DNA of 62,843 nucleotides from Octopus sinensis (taxonomy: Eukaryota), in contig NW_021832009.1 in assembly GCF_006345805.1 (NCBI RefSeq), positions 1 through 62,843 on the forward strand, in the 5' to 3' direction. The notes under the pieces are model-generated. The model was not told the origin of the DNA, searched no databases, and saw nothing but the letters and a program-made list of their open reading frames with translations. The translations under genes were made by a program, and so were the position numbers. This document shows, piece by piece, positions 1 through 14,407 of this stretch; positions within the stretch are counted from its first letter, which is position 1; each line of letters starts with the position of its first letter.

Positions 1-794
1 GCAACTTTGATGGGATGGGGCATGTCGATCATATCGACTCCAATAATATGACTGGTAATGGAATGAAGGGCAAAGCTGATCTCTGTGCAATTTGAACTCA
101 GAACATAAAGAGTCGGAAAAAATACTGCTAAATATTTTTGTCCGACATGCTAACGCTTCTTAACAGATTAAAGGTAATTCGAAGATAGATTTGTAACCGA
201 ATGTGCATAGAATCGAATTAACCTCTAAAGACAACCAACGGCCTACGAATATGATGCTAGATACGTTATGTTCGGCATATTACCATTCAAATTTTTACAA
301 AAGTCAATAACCTGTACCTAAGAGTTCAATCTAAATATGGATTTACAAAAGTCAACATGATTATATATTTGTCTTCAAATATATTTTCCTAAAATTTAAT
401 CAATCACTAAAATAAAACTTGCACAATTTATGTAACTACCATCTTGTACTTCAGATCAATCACTTTTAATAACTATTCCTGTAAGAGAAAAATTGATAGA
501 CCACAGGAATTATGATGCCATTGTGACATAGTCCAGTGTCAACAGTGAGAAGTACTTTCGACTGAAAACATAACAAGGTACGCTGATGGAACTAACACGG
601 GTGAATACAGCAAGGATGAGATTGCGTCTTTAAATCGAAACAACAGACCATGATGCACATTAAATATGGGCTAGATTATTCAAGGATCTTGCAAGCATGC
701 GAAAGATTACCCTTCTAGACATTTTGATTACGAGAAAATATGGACGTATGTTTATTTGTATTTATACACACGCACACACATATATGTATATATG

Positions 795-1000
795 TAGAGA
801 ATTCACGAAAAAACAAAAACAAAAGACAAAGACAAGTGGTGTAGAAAACAAACAGATGTATTAGTATAACACTCAGGAATTGAAAAAGTCTTTTACGTTT
901 CGAGCCTACACTCTTCTACAGAAAGGTACACAGAAAGAAACAAGGAGAGAAACAAGGGAGAAAAAAATGTGTGTAGTGGCTAACGATCTATCATGGCAAC
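795..1000 (-). mobile_element. Short PLE-derived element, hammerhead family H1 (copy A)
   Basis: Minus strand: pyrimidine-rich 5' part, hammerhead fold at 890-925, downstream CCTGAGTG..TAATAC motif, 3' end runs into TA/CA repeats. Aligns by eye with 3030-3164, 39441-39531 and 60880-61068. Confidence 0.7.
890..925 (-). ncRNA. Minimal type I hammerhead ribozyme motif, variant core CUGUAGA
   Basis: Sense CTTT-CTGTAGA-A-GAGT(GTAG)GCTC-GAAA-C-GTA-AAAG. Stem I CUUU/AAAG, stem II 4 bp with one wobble, loopless palindromic stem III (ACGU), GUA triplet. Confidence 0.65.
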
Positions 1001-1450
1001 TGCCGGTATGTCTCTTCTATTTTATAATTGTTATAAGCCTTCCACTGAGGAGGAAACCGGTTTCCAACAAAGACGCAAGACTCCATCTTTGGGATGTATG
1101 TGTGCATGTATGTATGTATGTATGATATAAACAGTTGTACATTTTTTACGAAGTTTGGTATTCTTGGATACGAGTTTGTGCGTGTATGTGTGTGTTTGAG
1201 TATATATAGTTGAGTGTATCTGTATATATGTAATATATATATATATATATGTGTGTGTGTATGTATATAGATATATGTGTGTGTGTATATATATATATAT
1301 ATACATCTTTATAAATATATAAGTATGTGAGTACATGCATATATATATGTATATATATATTTAATACAATTATGCATGCACATACATCTGTGTCAATATA
1401 TGAATATGTATAAACACACTTACATATGGATGTATATATATATGTATATG

Positions 1451-1494
<44 letters not shown>

Positions 1495-3029
1495 AATATG
1501 TACATATTTATTTATATATTTATGTATCTACGTAAACAAAGATTAAGTATAGTATTTGACACGCTCTACTTTATCGTTAGATGCCTGAGGTATGTTAATC
1601 CAATCATGGTCTACTTGAATCTAGAAAATACCACAAACATCGAATTGTTCTCATTTTATTCGCGCACAAAATATATAGTATTGAACTATGGGAGCACATA
1701 ACACTGTAAAATCACGTTGTCGTAAGCAATTCGACGGAGGCCATCCTAGAGCAGCTCGCCAATTGAATACCGTTATATACAAACGTGTGTATATTACTTA
1801 ATGTTTTGTATTTTTGTTTTAACAAAATTCCCAGTGATAATTATAAATGAAGTATTTTCAAGCGCTATGGTAAACTCTGCATAATTACATTAGCATATCT
1901 TCTTATATATGACAGCGTAAGAACAATACTATATTCGTTTTGAATGGAAGAAATTATAAATATACGAGCTTTTGCAAAGAGGGATTCAGAAGGGGTTAGT
2001 AATCCATGTGTAATCCAAGATTTCTGCGCACATATGAAACAGATTCAAGCCTACGATATGTGTATATTACCCATTATTTTTGTCTTATAATATAGCGCAT
2101 TGTTCTGTGATGCTAATATCAAAAAAATATCTATCTTGTGACAGTTATATATTATTCAATAAACAGAATATATGCTTTTAGCTATGTATGCCATGTGGGT
2201 AGTGCCTGATGATTGTGCTAGGGCACTAGATTGTTAAAATATTGCCAGGCATGCTCTCAGAACATGAAACTACTAGTAGTACATGAAAACATATATTTTA
2301 TTTATTAGATTATGTATATATATATTATATATATGTATGTGTGTGTGTGTGATTGGGTGGTGTTGGCATGCTGGTTGTGTATGTGTTTGTGTATGTATAT
2401 GTATATATATACATTCAATTGTATTTAAGCAAACTACATAGCGAAAATGAAATTAAGTACGGTATTAAAGCGCGGATTTTACAATTTTATGTGTCTTACT
2501 TCCCTTCAGAATATTATCACTTATATGCGTACAGCGTTTGAAATAAAAATGTATCAATATTCGAAGAAAACCCTCTACCAATAGCGGATTCACTAAGCCG
2601 TCGTTCGACCGGAAGTCTAGCAACTGGTTAGCTGCCTGAAACTTCGAAGTTACTATCAAAAAGTTTCTTGCATAAAAATGATAAATTTGTACATATAAAA
2701 ACATGGAGTCTTCCACCATATTAATGTGAAATTGTTTTTATTATAACAACATAAAAACACGCATCGATATACATATATACATATATATAGCGTCGTAAAT
2801 GTATTGACTACTATTTCCACTAAACTTTCGTGCCTTGTACCATGACTGTATTTTTATTCTTCTACATTTACGGTGCTTTATTTTACTGGAAAGTAATACA
2901 TTTGTATTGCAATAATATTTTTTTTCATTGGCACTTTTTTCACTGTTCCCGGTCTGTTAACGGCTAGGCGTTTAGGCGAGTATACCGGCATTGATGTAGC
3001 AGCATTTGAAATATTGCCCAGGTAAAACA

Positions 3030-3164
3030 CACACAAACCTTTCTGCCGAAGATCGTAGGGTCGAAACGTCAAAGCCTTTTCTATTATTCCCGAGCGACAA
3101 ACTCATATACTTAGATGTCGTTCCCTCACCTCTCCGTCTTTCATTTTCTATAAATTTAAACTAT
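3030..3164 (+). mobile_element. Short PLE-derived element, family H1 (copy B)
   Basis: Hammerhead fold, then CCCGAGCG..TATAC motif and 3' end ..TAAATTTAAACTAT adjoining (CT)n/(TA)n. Similar to copy F. Confidence 0.65.
3039..3074 (+). ncRNA. Minimal type I hammerhead motif, variant core CUGCCGA
   Basis: CTTT-CTGCCGA-A-GATC(GTAG)GGTC-GAAA-C-GTC-AAAG. All stems pair; GUC triplet. Confidence 0.65.
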
Positions 3165-3200
3165 CTCTCTCTCCCTCTTTCTCCCTCTGTATATATATAT

Positions 3201-3262
<62 letters not shown>

Positions 3263-4849
3263 TAGTATGTATGTATGTACGTATATACATTGTATGTTGA
3301 GGTATCACTACGATGAATTCTCATTTGTTCTGTTGATGTAGATCTCTAAATAGCGTTACGAACGAATATAATGAAGAGTCTCTATTTAGAAGGTGAAGAA
3401 GAGAAAGACAAAAAAAAAAACAAAAAAGAAAAAAAATCAAATCATAAATAAAACTTATCTCCGCATAGATAGTCAAAGCATAAACAAGAAAAGAATTCTA
3501 GCAGAGAGAAGAATTAAGAACAATAAATACTTAATATTTTGTAACTGGTCAGGTGGAAATAAGACGCTGTGTATGAAATCTGTTTGTGTGTATGTTTGTA
3601 TGTATGTATGTATGTATGTATGTATGTATGTATGAATGTATGTATGTATGTATGTATGTATGTATGTATGTATGTATGCATGTATGTTTGTGTGTTTGTA
3701 TGTATGCGTCTATGAGGATGTATATGTATAAATCGAAAGGTGTGTCTATGCATATTTTACATAAGTATTTATACGTATGTGTATGTGTGTGTTTGTGTGT
3801 ATGTGTGCGCGTATGTGTATGTGTGGGTATACTTGGAAATGTTTGTGTGTATATATACACGTATAAAAGAAGAAATGTATTTTGATGATAAAGCAATTAT
3901 GTTGAAAACAAAATATATCAACAAAAAAATATTAGTATTAATACTCTCCTCTAAAGCAGTAACCTGGCCCAATCGTTAACACCCTCGGTAAAATGCTCAT
4001 CGGCATTTCGACCGTCTTTACGTTCGGAGTTCGCATTCCGTCCACGTTATATATATATATTTTATTTGATTTAGTACGAAAGGATTGTAGTATATATTTC
4101 AGGGTCGATAAAATAAATAATAAAATGACGAGAAACATTATTTTGTCAGAAAAATATATATTGGACCAAAGATTATTCACCCATATTCGATTTGTTGTCG
4201 ATTGCAATACTTGAAAATTTGTCACAGACTGCACCAGATCAATTTTCATATGAAGAAAAGTGGTATTCAAATTTATTCCCGCGCAAAAGCAGTTTTCATG
4301 TTTTCAATATCATGACCATAGAATACACGTGAGCAAAGAAAACTGTTACTGTTTCAATTTTGCTGTATATCGGAATATTTATTTATAAATATATTGCTTT
4401 TTCCCTCATTATTTAGAAAATAACCTAATTTGACATTTTGGTAATTAGAAAAAAAATCACCATTAAATAGCAATGTGTGTGTTTGCAAAATTTACCAATT
4501 CTGACATATTTTCAAAATTGCAAGATAAAAATCACATTTTTTCCTACATTTATCTAGGAGACGCGTGCACACAGATGGACTAATGGATTTCGTGATTTCT
4601 ATCTTAACGTTCTTTAAACTCCACATATTTCTGGAGAGTGAAGTAGTAAAACATTTTATTAAGTGTCTGAATATATGCATATGTTTCAAGGTTTATTTTT
4701 TTCACACGATGTTTTACGTACACTAGATAGCTTACTTTCACGGTTAGATGTAAATGGGGCCTTACCCGGTTGAAAGAAGCTTTTAGAAGCATATGTATCT
4801 GCTAAATGCTTTTACAGCCCTGAGCCGAGTAATTACATTATGATCGAAT

Positions 4850-5135
4850 TCCTTAAACGGAAACTATGTAGAAGTCTGTCGTAGATGTGTGTGAGTGCGT
4901 GCGTGCGTACGTGGTTGTGTTTGCTTTACGTTGGTGTTTGTTCTCCAGCACTGCATATTAACCAGTTTTGGTTTGTTTACGTCCGCATAACATACTGTTT
5001 AATCAAAATACCAATAGTATAAGCACGAGATTTAAAAGAAAAACGGTGAGTATTTGTGTCGTTCTGATCGACTAAATACTTCATGATAGTACCTTAGCTG
5101 GCCTCGGTCCGATGACTGAGACAAGTAAATGATAA
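4850..5135 (+). mobile_element. Degenerate SINE group A fragment
   Basis: Remnants of ACGGAAACT..GTTTACGTCC..ATGACTGAGACAAGTAA match the intact copy at 50967-51392. Confidence 0.55.
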
Positions 5136-6964
5136 AAATATATGATACACGAAAAAAATTACATATGTTGTTAGTAGTTTCTTCTTCATCTTATGACGAA
5201 GAAAAAAATATATAACTTTGAACGTCATTTGAGGTTTGCCACACCAATATTAATAATATAATGGAATCGAATTGGAATCAACAAAGACGCGAAACCGTTT
5301 TGTAAAGTTGGTTTCGACTAACAATTTACTTCTTGTCGTATAAGACACATACACACAACAAAGAACCTAATAAAATTAAATGTGCTAATATTACTAAGAT
5401 GATTCGGCGTTTCGCAAGTGAGAATTTTGCTTAATATGAAGTACAAAAGACAAAAATTATTGTTGATCAGTGACCAACAGCTAATCTTGTGTAAAAGCTT
5501 TCTTTTCTTTCTATTTGAGAACTTCTGAGCAAAAGAGAATATCATTCTTTTGTGTTGAAAATACATATAACAGACAGTCATTTAAGATTTGTGCAACCAA
5601 CTGGATGGTAAGATCAGACAGGAAGGGAAATTAACCAAACCAAAAGAACGAAAACAGATTAACAGACAATAAAATAGAATAATTAATTAATCTTGGTTAA
5701 TCATCTCATTATTGCTGATATTATTATTAAAAAGTTTTCGGTCTTTAAGATTTTTGAGGTATTCACCTTGTGGGCTTAATTAGTCCTCGCGTAGCTATAG
5801 CTAGTTGTACGAAAATATGGTGTGCTATGGTGTGGCAACTGCTTTCATTAAAAATAAGGCGGAAAGTGAGAATACCATCAAAGACTCAACTTCACAGAAG
5901 CAAACCGGAATTGGTATCACTCGTTGTCAATCAAAATGTGAGCAATTTAAATCAAAGTAGAACGGACAAGAGCTAAATGAAGAGAGAATGCGATAAAGAA
6001 ATAGAGATTGAGATATAGAATGGACGCAAGAAAGACACTCAGAGAAGAGAGAGAACGATGAAGAGCGAGATCAAGAGAGATAGGGAAAAAGGAAAGCAAG
6101 AAAAAGAAAGCAAGAGAGAGAGACAGAGAGGAGATGAAGAGAAAATAGTGGTAGAGAACGAAAGAGATGGAAAAGTACACGAATACATATTAAAGAGGGA
6201 AAAGAAAGACTGTGAAGAATTAGTAAGAAGAAAAGAACAGCTCAATAAATTAAGCTACTATTTGATAAAGAAAAGAACGGCACAAGGGGACTATGAAATA
6301 AAATGAATGGCTATGAGCAAATGGGTGGATTATTTTCTAAGAAATTTGGCAGAGTATTACAGGCAGACAATATAAAAACTGAAGTGGTTGGGTATGGAGG
6401 TATACGTAAACTGGAAACGAAGATGTTTGTGTGTATGTGTGAGTGTGTTAGAGTATATGTGATTGTGTGAAATAGAGGAAGGTGCAGAAACTCTTTACAT
6501 GTGTGTATGTGTGTTGTGACGGGGGTGATCTTCTTGGTAGAAATGTCACTATTTTTATGCTTCAGAAGACTGAACTGCCGGACTAATCAGTCTTAGTATA
6601 CGGCAAAAAGACGAAAGGAAATAGTAGAATAGTTATCCTTGGTATGAACAATAACACTAAAGCTGGGTTTTGGACCTTTCACCTAATTTCCGGTGTATGA
6701 ATCCATGCATGGAAGAATATTGAAGAGAGAAAATAACGAAAACAAACAAAAAAATAAAAAATAACAAAACAAACAAAAAAAAACGTTAAACAACAATACC
6801 TCATAATAAAAACACAAAACAAAAGGAGACAACATCAAAATGGAAAGAAACAATAAAAAAAAAACAAAAATAATAATATTCTTCCTATTAAATCCCGAAA
6901 TGAGGAGATCAGGTCACAAAATTTAAATTTAGAAGCCGCCAAAGGAATTACATGAAATACGAGG

Positions 6965-7002
<38 letters not shown>

Positions 7003-7689
7003 TAATAATAATAATAATAATAATAATGATGATGATGATAATAATAGAAGGTAATACTGCCCAAAGATTGTACCCAATTTTGGGAACCAATTTTGGCGCG
7101 GTCCTTTGATATATTTCAAGAAATTGCTCAATAGCTTGAATACATAACAGTTAATACATTAAATGACTCTCTTTGTCAATATTGTTCATTATAAAAGAAA
7201 ATTGTTGTGGAAGTCCTTTTATTTTGTCTTGGCCTTGTTCTGTGGTCTTTGTGTCGTTTTATTGCTCGTTTCTGTTCGTAACTACTTTGGCCACAAGCAA
7301 TAACTTGTGAGATCTTCTACGAGAATATCTGCACGGTTATATTAAATGCTAGAAATAGTAGCTAAATCTTCGTCAATATTCTCTAGATCCTAAAGAAAAG
7401 GGAATCATGCATATGAATTTGTTCTCGTTATTGAGAAAAAAATTATAGCATTTATGGCTATAAAAGATTTTCTCGGTTATGTTTGATTTGGGGCTAAACA
7501 GCAGCAACAACAGCAACATTATAATATAATTCCTCATATATTCTTTCAATTGCTTAGTACATGTCACACACGTATATGCAGCGAAACCTCCCGGAATTAT
7601 AATACCCTTAATATGTTATAACCATTACGAGGATTAGAATCTTAACGAAGGACGACCACACAATTTGGACATATGTTATAATGGTTTCA

Positions 7690-8101
7690 AATTTTTCTAC
7701 AAGGGCAACATTTTTGGGGTGGGGATGAGTCGATTGTATCGACCCCAGTGTTTAACAAGTACTTAACTTATGGACTTCGAAAGAATGACAGGCAAAGTCG
7801 ACCTCGGTGCAATTTGAACTCAGAAAGTAGCGACGGGGGAAATACAGCTAAGCATTTCGTCCAGCGTGCTAACGATTCTTATTTCTTTATTGCCCACAAG
7901 GGGCTAAATATAGAGGGGACGAACAAGGACAGACAAAGGGATTAAGTCGATTACATCGAGCCCAGTGCGTAACTGGTACTTAATTTATCGACCCCGAGGC
8001 AAAATCGACCTCGGCGGAATTTGAACTCAGAACGTAACGGCAGACGAAATACTGCTAAGCATTTCGCCCAGCGTGCTGACGTTTCTGCCCGCTCACCGCC
8101 T
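7690..8101 (-). mobile_element. tRNA-derived SINE group B, dimeric copy
   Basis: Reverse complement of GGCGGTGAGC..GAGTTCAAATTCCGCCGAGGTCG (A/B-box head) followed by a second internal unit. Same family as 20299-20930. Confidence 0.85.
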
Positions 8102-10874
8102 TAATATATGTTACAATATAAACAGCAAAGCCATCATAAACTAAGAAACTAGTTAAACCTAAAAAGGTTTAACGCTACAACAATTACGATGTTAACTTCT
8201 AAACCGCAAGAACACAGATACAAATGGTTCACGGTCAGCGACAGAGACGAAATAATGTAGCATACCGGAGGACGGATACCATTATGGCTTTGGCGTCTCG
8301 GCCATATCAGTCAATCGCCTTCCATTAGTCGAGAAAGGTAGGCAGCTTTCATTCGTTTGGTAGCTATGGTAAAACAGATTTTATAGTAGATATGGTAGAA
8401 ATAGCTGAAAGCACACACTTTTCTCCATGGCCAAGCTTGCGTGAAATTGTGGATGGAGAGGGAGGTTCTGCACATACAGCGCGAAGTATTTGAAATTTGC
8501 GCGAAAATAGTGTGAGCATACTTTGAGCATGCGCCCTTTTACATGTGCACAACAAGTGATGTAAATATTTTTTATGGGTCTTCAGTGCCATTGAGATTCT
8601 TTGTGGGGTTTCTATTATTGACTCTAAATACTTCCCCCTTTTGCAGTTGTTACACCTTTTACACTACATAAGCAATCCACGCCACCATATCTATATTTCG
8701 TCCATTTTTGTTTTCTGTCTTTGCTTGTCTTTCTGGCCTTGAAGAGTAAGCAGAATCGTTATATTGCCGAACATAAACCATTAGCGAGATTTCTTGCTGT
8801 ATTACATTCTTAGTTGAAATTGCGCCGTAGTTGTCATCGCCTTTCATTCATACGGGGCCGATACAATGTACCAATAACACACTGAGGTCGATATAATCGA
8901 CTAATTCGCTCACCCAAAATTTCATGTCTCGTGCTTATAACAGTAGTAGTTATTATTTTGTTATTATTATGGATTGTTGAATTGCTTACAATTGCTTTCA
9001 TATAACTCTTAAATTTTTTGGTATTTATAAAGTACAGCGTCATACATGATTAATTCGTTTGAAATTAATTTCCATAGGGTGAATTCTTCAGTAAACTCTC
9101 CGTGTGCTCGTACAGGGATTCAGAGGGAAAGCAAGTTACTCTATTGCAGTTGTTATAGCAGCATGGTTGCAACTCCAGAACAAAGGCATTGTTTCGTTCC
9201 TTATTCCGTGAACTGGCGAGTATTCTGGGTGGAAATCCAATCACGAATTACAGAGCTTACCACCGGCCACAGTCATGGACACCAACAAATCTTATGAAGA
9301 TGGTACAGAAAGTGACCCGGAATAACAGATGGCTGGGGATTAAAGTAGGAGGAAAAAATTCGAAGTAATGACTAGTCCGTAATATAAAAACCCGCAAACA
9401 TCACAACGTAAGACAGTATAAGAAGAGCTGAATCTACTGAAGAAGATAAAGGATGGCAAAGGAATAATGAGCTGACTGAGAAGGGGTTATGCTCAGAATT
9501 TGTTTTACTTTTAAATATTAGACTTCTAATAAAATCACATCAGTAGTCTTATTTAATTTTAAATATCGAAAAGATGCTGACGAGTATACATCCGTTTCGT
9601 CACCAAAGCTGTACCCAATGAAAGTTTCCATGATTAGATTATGATGTGTGATTGGGTTCGTAGCGTGAACTGATTTAACCAATGTGGCGTTCACCTGTTA
9701 TTTGTGTGTGTTGACGTGACCATATTTCTTTTTTTTTCTTCTAAATAAACAGCCAGTTATTTAAATCTATATGTGTTTGTCACATTTCTATATATTATAC
9801 GTGGATTAAATATTGATAGTACCACCATTGAAAAGTTCAGTGTATGTCGGCGCACCGAATGAATTGCGATGACATGTCTGTGAGTATGTGTGTGTGTGTG
9901 TGTGTGTGCGTGTGTATGTGTAAACGTCTGCTCACTCACACTCATATAGAAATATATTTGAGTGCGTTTATATTCAAATATCTATATCTATATATCTATA
10001 TATATCTATATATATACATACATACATACATATATATATATATATATGTGTGTGTGTGTATGTGTGTGTGTGTGTGTGTGAGTGTGTGTGTGTGTGTGTA
10101 TGTATATGTATGATATGTATGTATGTATGTATGAGTTTGTATATGAGTGAATGTATACGCACAGAGAGATACACGTATACAAATTTCTCTTTTGCGTAAT
10201 TCAAAATAAAGCAAACGCCAAAATGAAGATAAGTAGGTGTCTCCGACACTGTTTAATTTTCCACTTCACTTAACCACATTTAAACTTTAAAGTGTCTGCA
10301 GAATATTGATAGTATATACTGACCACCACAAACAGTTTAAGACATAATTTAGGCCTTCTTACAGTTTCTTTATTTTTTTACACATTCATTTTATTTTACA
10401 GTATTTCTTTTCATTATTTGCTTTGTTATACAGCGGGGAAATGGTTAAAAAAGTTCATGCATAAACGTCTAGAGACGAAAAATAATATCCTACGAAAATG
10501 ATTAATAAATATAAATGATGTCCTTTGACTTCAATATAAATATATTTATCACCATGGGAACGAAACAAATTTTCAAAGAAATATAATTTTATATTGTTCT
10601 TATAAAATATTTGTTCTTCTTTTATTTTATGGTTCTAACAGTCTAATTTGTTCGTATATTTGGTGTAATTTGTGCTTGCAGTGTTTTCAGAACTGGTGGC
10701 AATTTTTAACGGTGTACAGTTGCCACTACTATCATTCGTTTCATACTTACCTATATATATATATATATATATACGCATACGTATACAAAATTTGACATTA
10801 TGCCGTGCTTGAGAAGTTCGATCAAACCAAGAAATGCGCAGTCGTAACAGATACTAGTGTCAAGCAAATGACAC

Positions 10875-11043
10875 CCTTCCCGGTGGCACGTAAAAGCACA
10901 CATCAAACTCTCGGAGTGATTGGCGTTAAGAAGGGCATCCAGCCTTAGAAACCATGCCAAATCAGACTGGAGACTGGTCCCTGGTCAAACCGTCGAGTCC
11001 ATGCCAGCATAGACAACGTACTTTAAATGATGATGATGATGAT
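10875..11043 (+). mobile_element. SINE/LINE 3' tail fragment ending in (GAT)n
   Basis: GGTGGCACGTAAAAGCAC..TTGGCGTTAAGAAGGGCATCCAGCC..CCATGCCAGCAT..TTAAATGATGATGATGAT, a typical retroposon tail. Confidence 0.6.
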
Positions 11044-11092
11044 ATACATACACACACACACACACGCCTATATATATATATATATATGCGTG

Positions 11093-11272
11093 TTTGACAG
11101 AAATGCTGAAACTAATAAAGAGGGGTGGATCCAAAACAATGCCTTGTCTGACTGCACTAATGACTCCTGCCGAGCGTGATCGAACACCATCGATCACCAG
11201 ATGTCGATGTAAGAAGCTGTCAATCTGCTTTTATACTTTCCCTAGGAATCCATGTTGAATAGATTCTTACAA
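11093..11272 (-). mobile_element. CR1/L2-like LINE reverse-transcriptase fragment (decayed)
   Basis: Translates GFLGKV*KQIDSFLHRHLVIDGVRSRSAGVISAVRQGIVLDPPLFI, resembling the RT motif V.SGVPQGSVLGPLLF. Confidence 0.75.
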
Positions 11273-11342
11273 GCACAAGCGCACACATACGCATGTTATA
11301 TATATACATATGTACATATATTATATATATATATATATATAT

Positions 11343-11685
11343 TGTATAAAATCCGTTCTGTCTGTCTGTGTGTCTTCTAGGATCTCGGGCATCCTTCATC
11401 CGATGGCGCCCAAATTTGACATGTAGATGTCGACGGTATCAGGGCATGTATAATTCTTGAAAAAATTACAAAAATCGATACCAGGGGAGAATGCCATCGA
11501 TAAAGCATTCTTTAGAATAGAAAAAGTTCTATCTTTATTTCTTCTTTTTGCTGATGTCTCAAATTTAGGTTAAATGAGTGTTTCTCAAAGGAGAGGCCTA
11601 TGGAACGGTCGGATAGGTTGTTTTGAAAAAATTTCGTTCAAATGGTTGACAACTCAGCCCCGTTAATTGGACGGGGGCCATTTTG

Positions 11686-11690
<5 letters not shown>
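11343..11690 (+). mobile_element. Probable non-autonomous Helitron 5' portion
   Basis: Begins in (TA)n with TATAAAA..(TCTG)n..ATCTC..CATCCGAT..CCAAATTTG, the layout of Lep1-like helitron 5' ends. No 3' CTAG end seen. Confidence 0.45.
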
Positions 11691-11720
<30 letters not shown>

Positions 11721-12232
11721 TGGAAGAACGAGTGGGACAGAGAGGAACTAAGAGACGGAGATAATCATTTAAAAAGACAGATAGACCTACAATGTGTGAA
11801 ACACAGAAATATATTACGAAGTTTCATTCTTTCTTAGAGTTTCAATCAATATGTATACATCACTATGCGGACGCTCGTGTGCATTTTTATACAGATGGGT
11901 ATGTATGTATGTATGTATGTATGTATGTATGTATCTATGAGACAGTCTATACGCTCGTATGAATATTCGTTAGTGAAGAGACTGCTGAAGTGTGTGTATC
12001 TCGTACACATACGGCTAACATAATTGTCTTCTTTTATTTCCAGTTGTGGATCTTTCGAAGCAAATCAATTTTATAACATTTCAATACATTGTAATAAACG
12101 GAAGAAACGGAAATAAAACTAGAAATCCGTTGAGGTGGAAATATTTCAGCAAGGAAATATTAATTCCATTAAACACTCAACACTATCTAGATTATGCATT
12201 GATACATCTGTGCGTATATACATACATGTATG

Positions 12233-12272
<40 letters not shown>

Positions 12273-12484
12273 TATAATATGTATATATATATATATAAAC
12301 ATATACATATATATATATATACATATACGTACACACATATACAGATATACATACATATATAAATATATATATATATATATGTATATATATACATATATAT
12401 ATATATACATATATATGTGTATATATGTATATATAAATATATATATATATATATAATTATAAATATATATAATATATATATATA

Positions 12485-12523
<39 letters not shown>

Positions 12524-12704
12524 GAAGAAGTCCTTACGTATAATTAACGTACGTAAGTATAATGCGTAATGTGAAATTCGAATAACAAGACGTAAGGTGC
12601 CAGCTGCTATGAATGCATACACAAACTACATACATGAATATACATATATATACACACTAGTATAAACTCTTCTTTATTATAAACACACACGCACATATTA
12701 TATG

Positions 12705-12735
<31 letters not shown>

Positions 12736-12763
12736 TTACATATATATATATATATATATATTT

Positions 12764-12853
<90 letters not shown>

Positions 12854-13389
12854 GGTAAATATGTCATATATGCTATTAAATACAACAGTATTGACAGAAA
12901 TACAATCAGAAAGTACGTTTTAGAGTGAAATATATGCGTTTCGATATAAACATAAGCGCGCGCATTACTGTGTACATATAATTATTGAGCTATACCAGTA
13001 TACATCTACTTTTACGTAATAATAAATTATACTTAGTTTTACTTGTAATCATATTCATTCATTGTATTTATAATTAGGTATGTATTTGATATAGTTTTAT
13101 ATGATAGATGTATATGTGTATGCTGACTTCTCTGTTAATGTACCTCCATCTTTACCCTACCATCTCTCTATGTATCGATTTCTCTATATGCATATATATG
13201 TACATATATATATATGTGTGTGTGTGTGTGTCTGTGTGTATACCTATATATACATACATACATATATATATATATATACTACATACATATATAACATATA
13301 TATATATATTATATTATATATAATATATATATATATATATACATGCATATATTGCATATATGTGTGTATGCTTGTGTGTTTGTGTTGTG

Positions 13390-13421
<32 letters not shown>

Positions 13422-13514
13422 GAGAGATGAGAGAGAGAGAGAGAGAGAAACAGGATTACATAAATGTGTGTTTATAGAGGTTCATCATATATATGTATAT
13501 GCATATATATATCC

Positions 13515-13584
<70 letters not shown>

Positions 13585-14305
13585 CATATATATATACAGG
13601 TATATGCGTAGATGTATGGGTGTATATATATATGTACGTATCTATGTTCCTCATTATTTCATATATATATATTATATATATATATACCTGTATAAGGTTA
13701 TGTATTATTAAATATATAATTACGTCCATGTATCTCATAGATATATGCATATATTTTGCGTATGTATGTATGTATGTATGTATGTATGTATGTATGTATG
13801 CATGTGCATCTTTGAGTGTGTAGGTGTGTGGCTGTGAGTATATTTGTGTATAGGTGTGTGTCTGCATTTTACACGCGCATTGTATTATTTGCATCTGTCT
13901 AACGTGTTGCCAACTTCCGCGATAACAATAGAAAGAAATAGAGCAATACTTCGCCCAATTGTGAAACGCTAACGAAATTTTAGCAAGGTTTTTGGCGGGA
14001 AGACACCATGAAACTAGATTATGATGGCAAATCTATACACTCAGAAATATTCATCAACAACAACAAAAACGCTGAGAAGATACTATGTAAATTGTAATGT
14101 AGTTTTTATTTTCGGGTCTTATTTTCATTGGAATTATATCAAGTCTTTCTATAAATCAATTTTTGCATCTCCTCTTCCCGTCTATGGAACACTTTAGATT
14201 AGATTAGCGTTGAAAAGATAGATATTTCAAATTTAGATGTCTTCCGATTCTTCACAATAATTCTCTTAAGGCCAGACGAAATGCAACACATACAGGAGGT
14301 TGTAA

Positions 14306-14375
<70 letters not shown>

Positions 14376-14376
14376 G

Positions 14377-14407
<31 letters not shown>

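Noticed and set aside
1045-1065. CTGAGGA followed by a hairpin (hammerhead-like)
   Set aside because: No GAAA after stem II and no stem I/III.
12030-12140. Plus-strand acceptor-like site TTCTTTTATTTCCAG
   Set aside because: No convincing donor or recognisable peptide in any frame.
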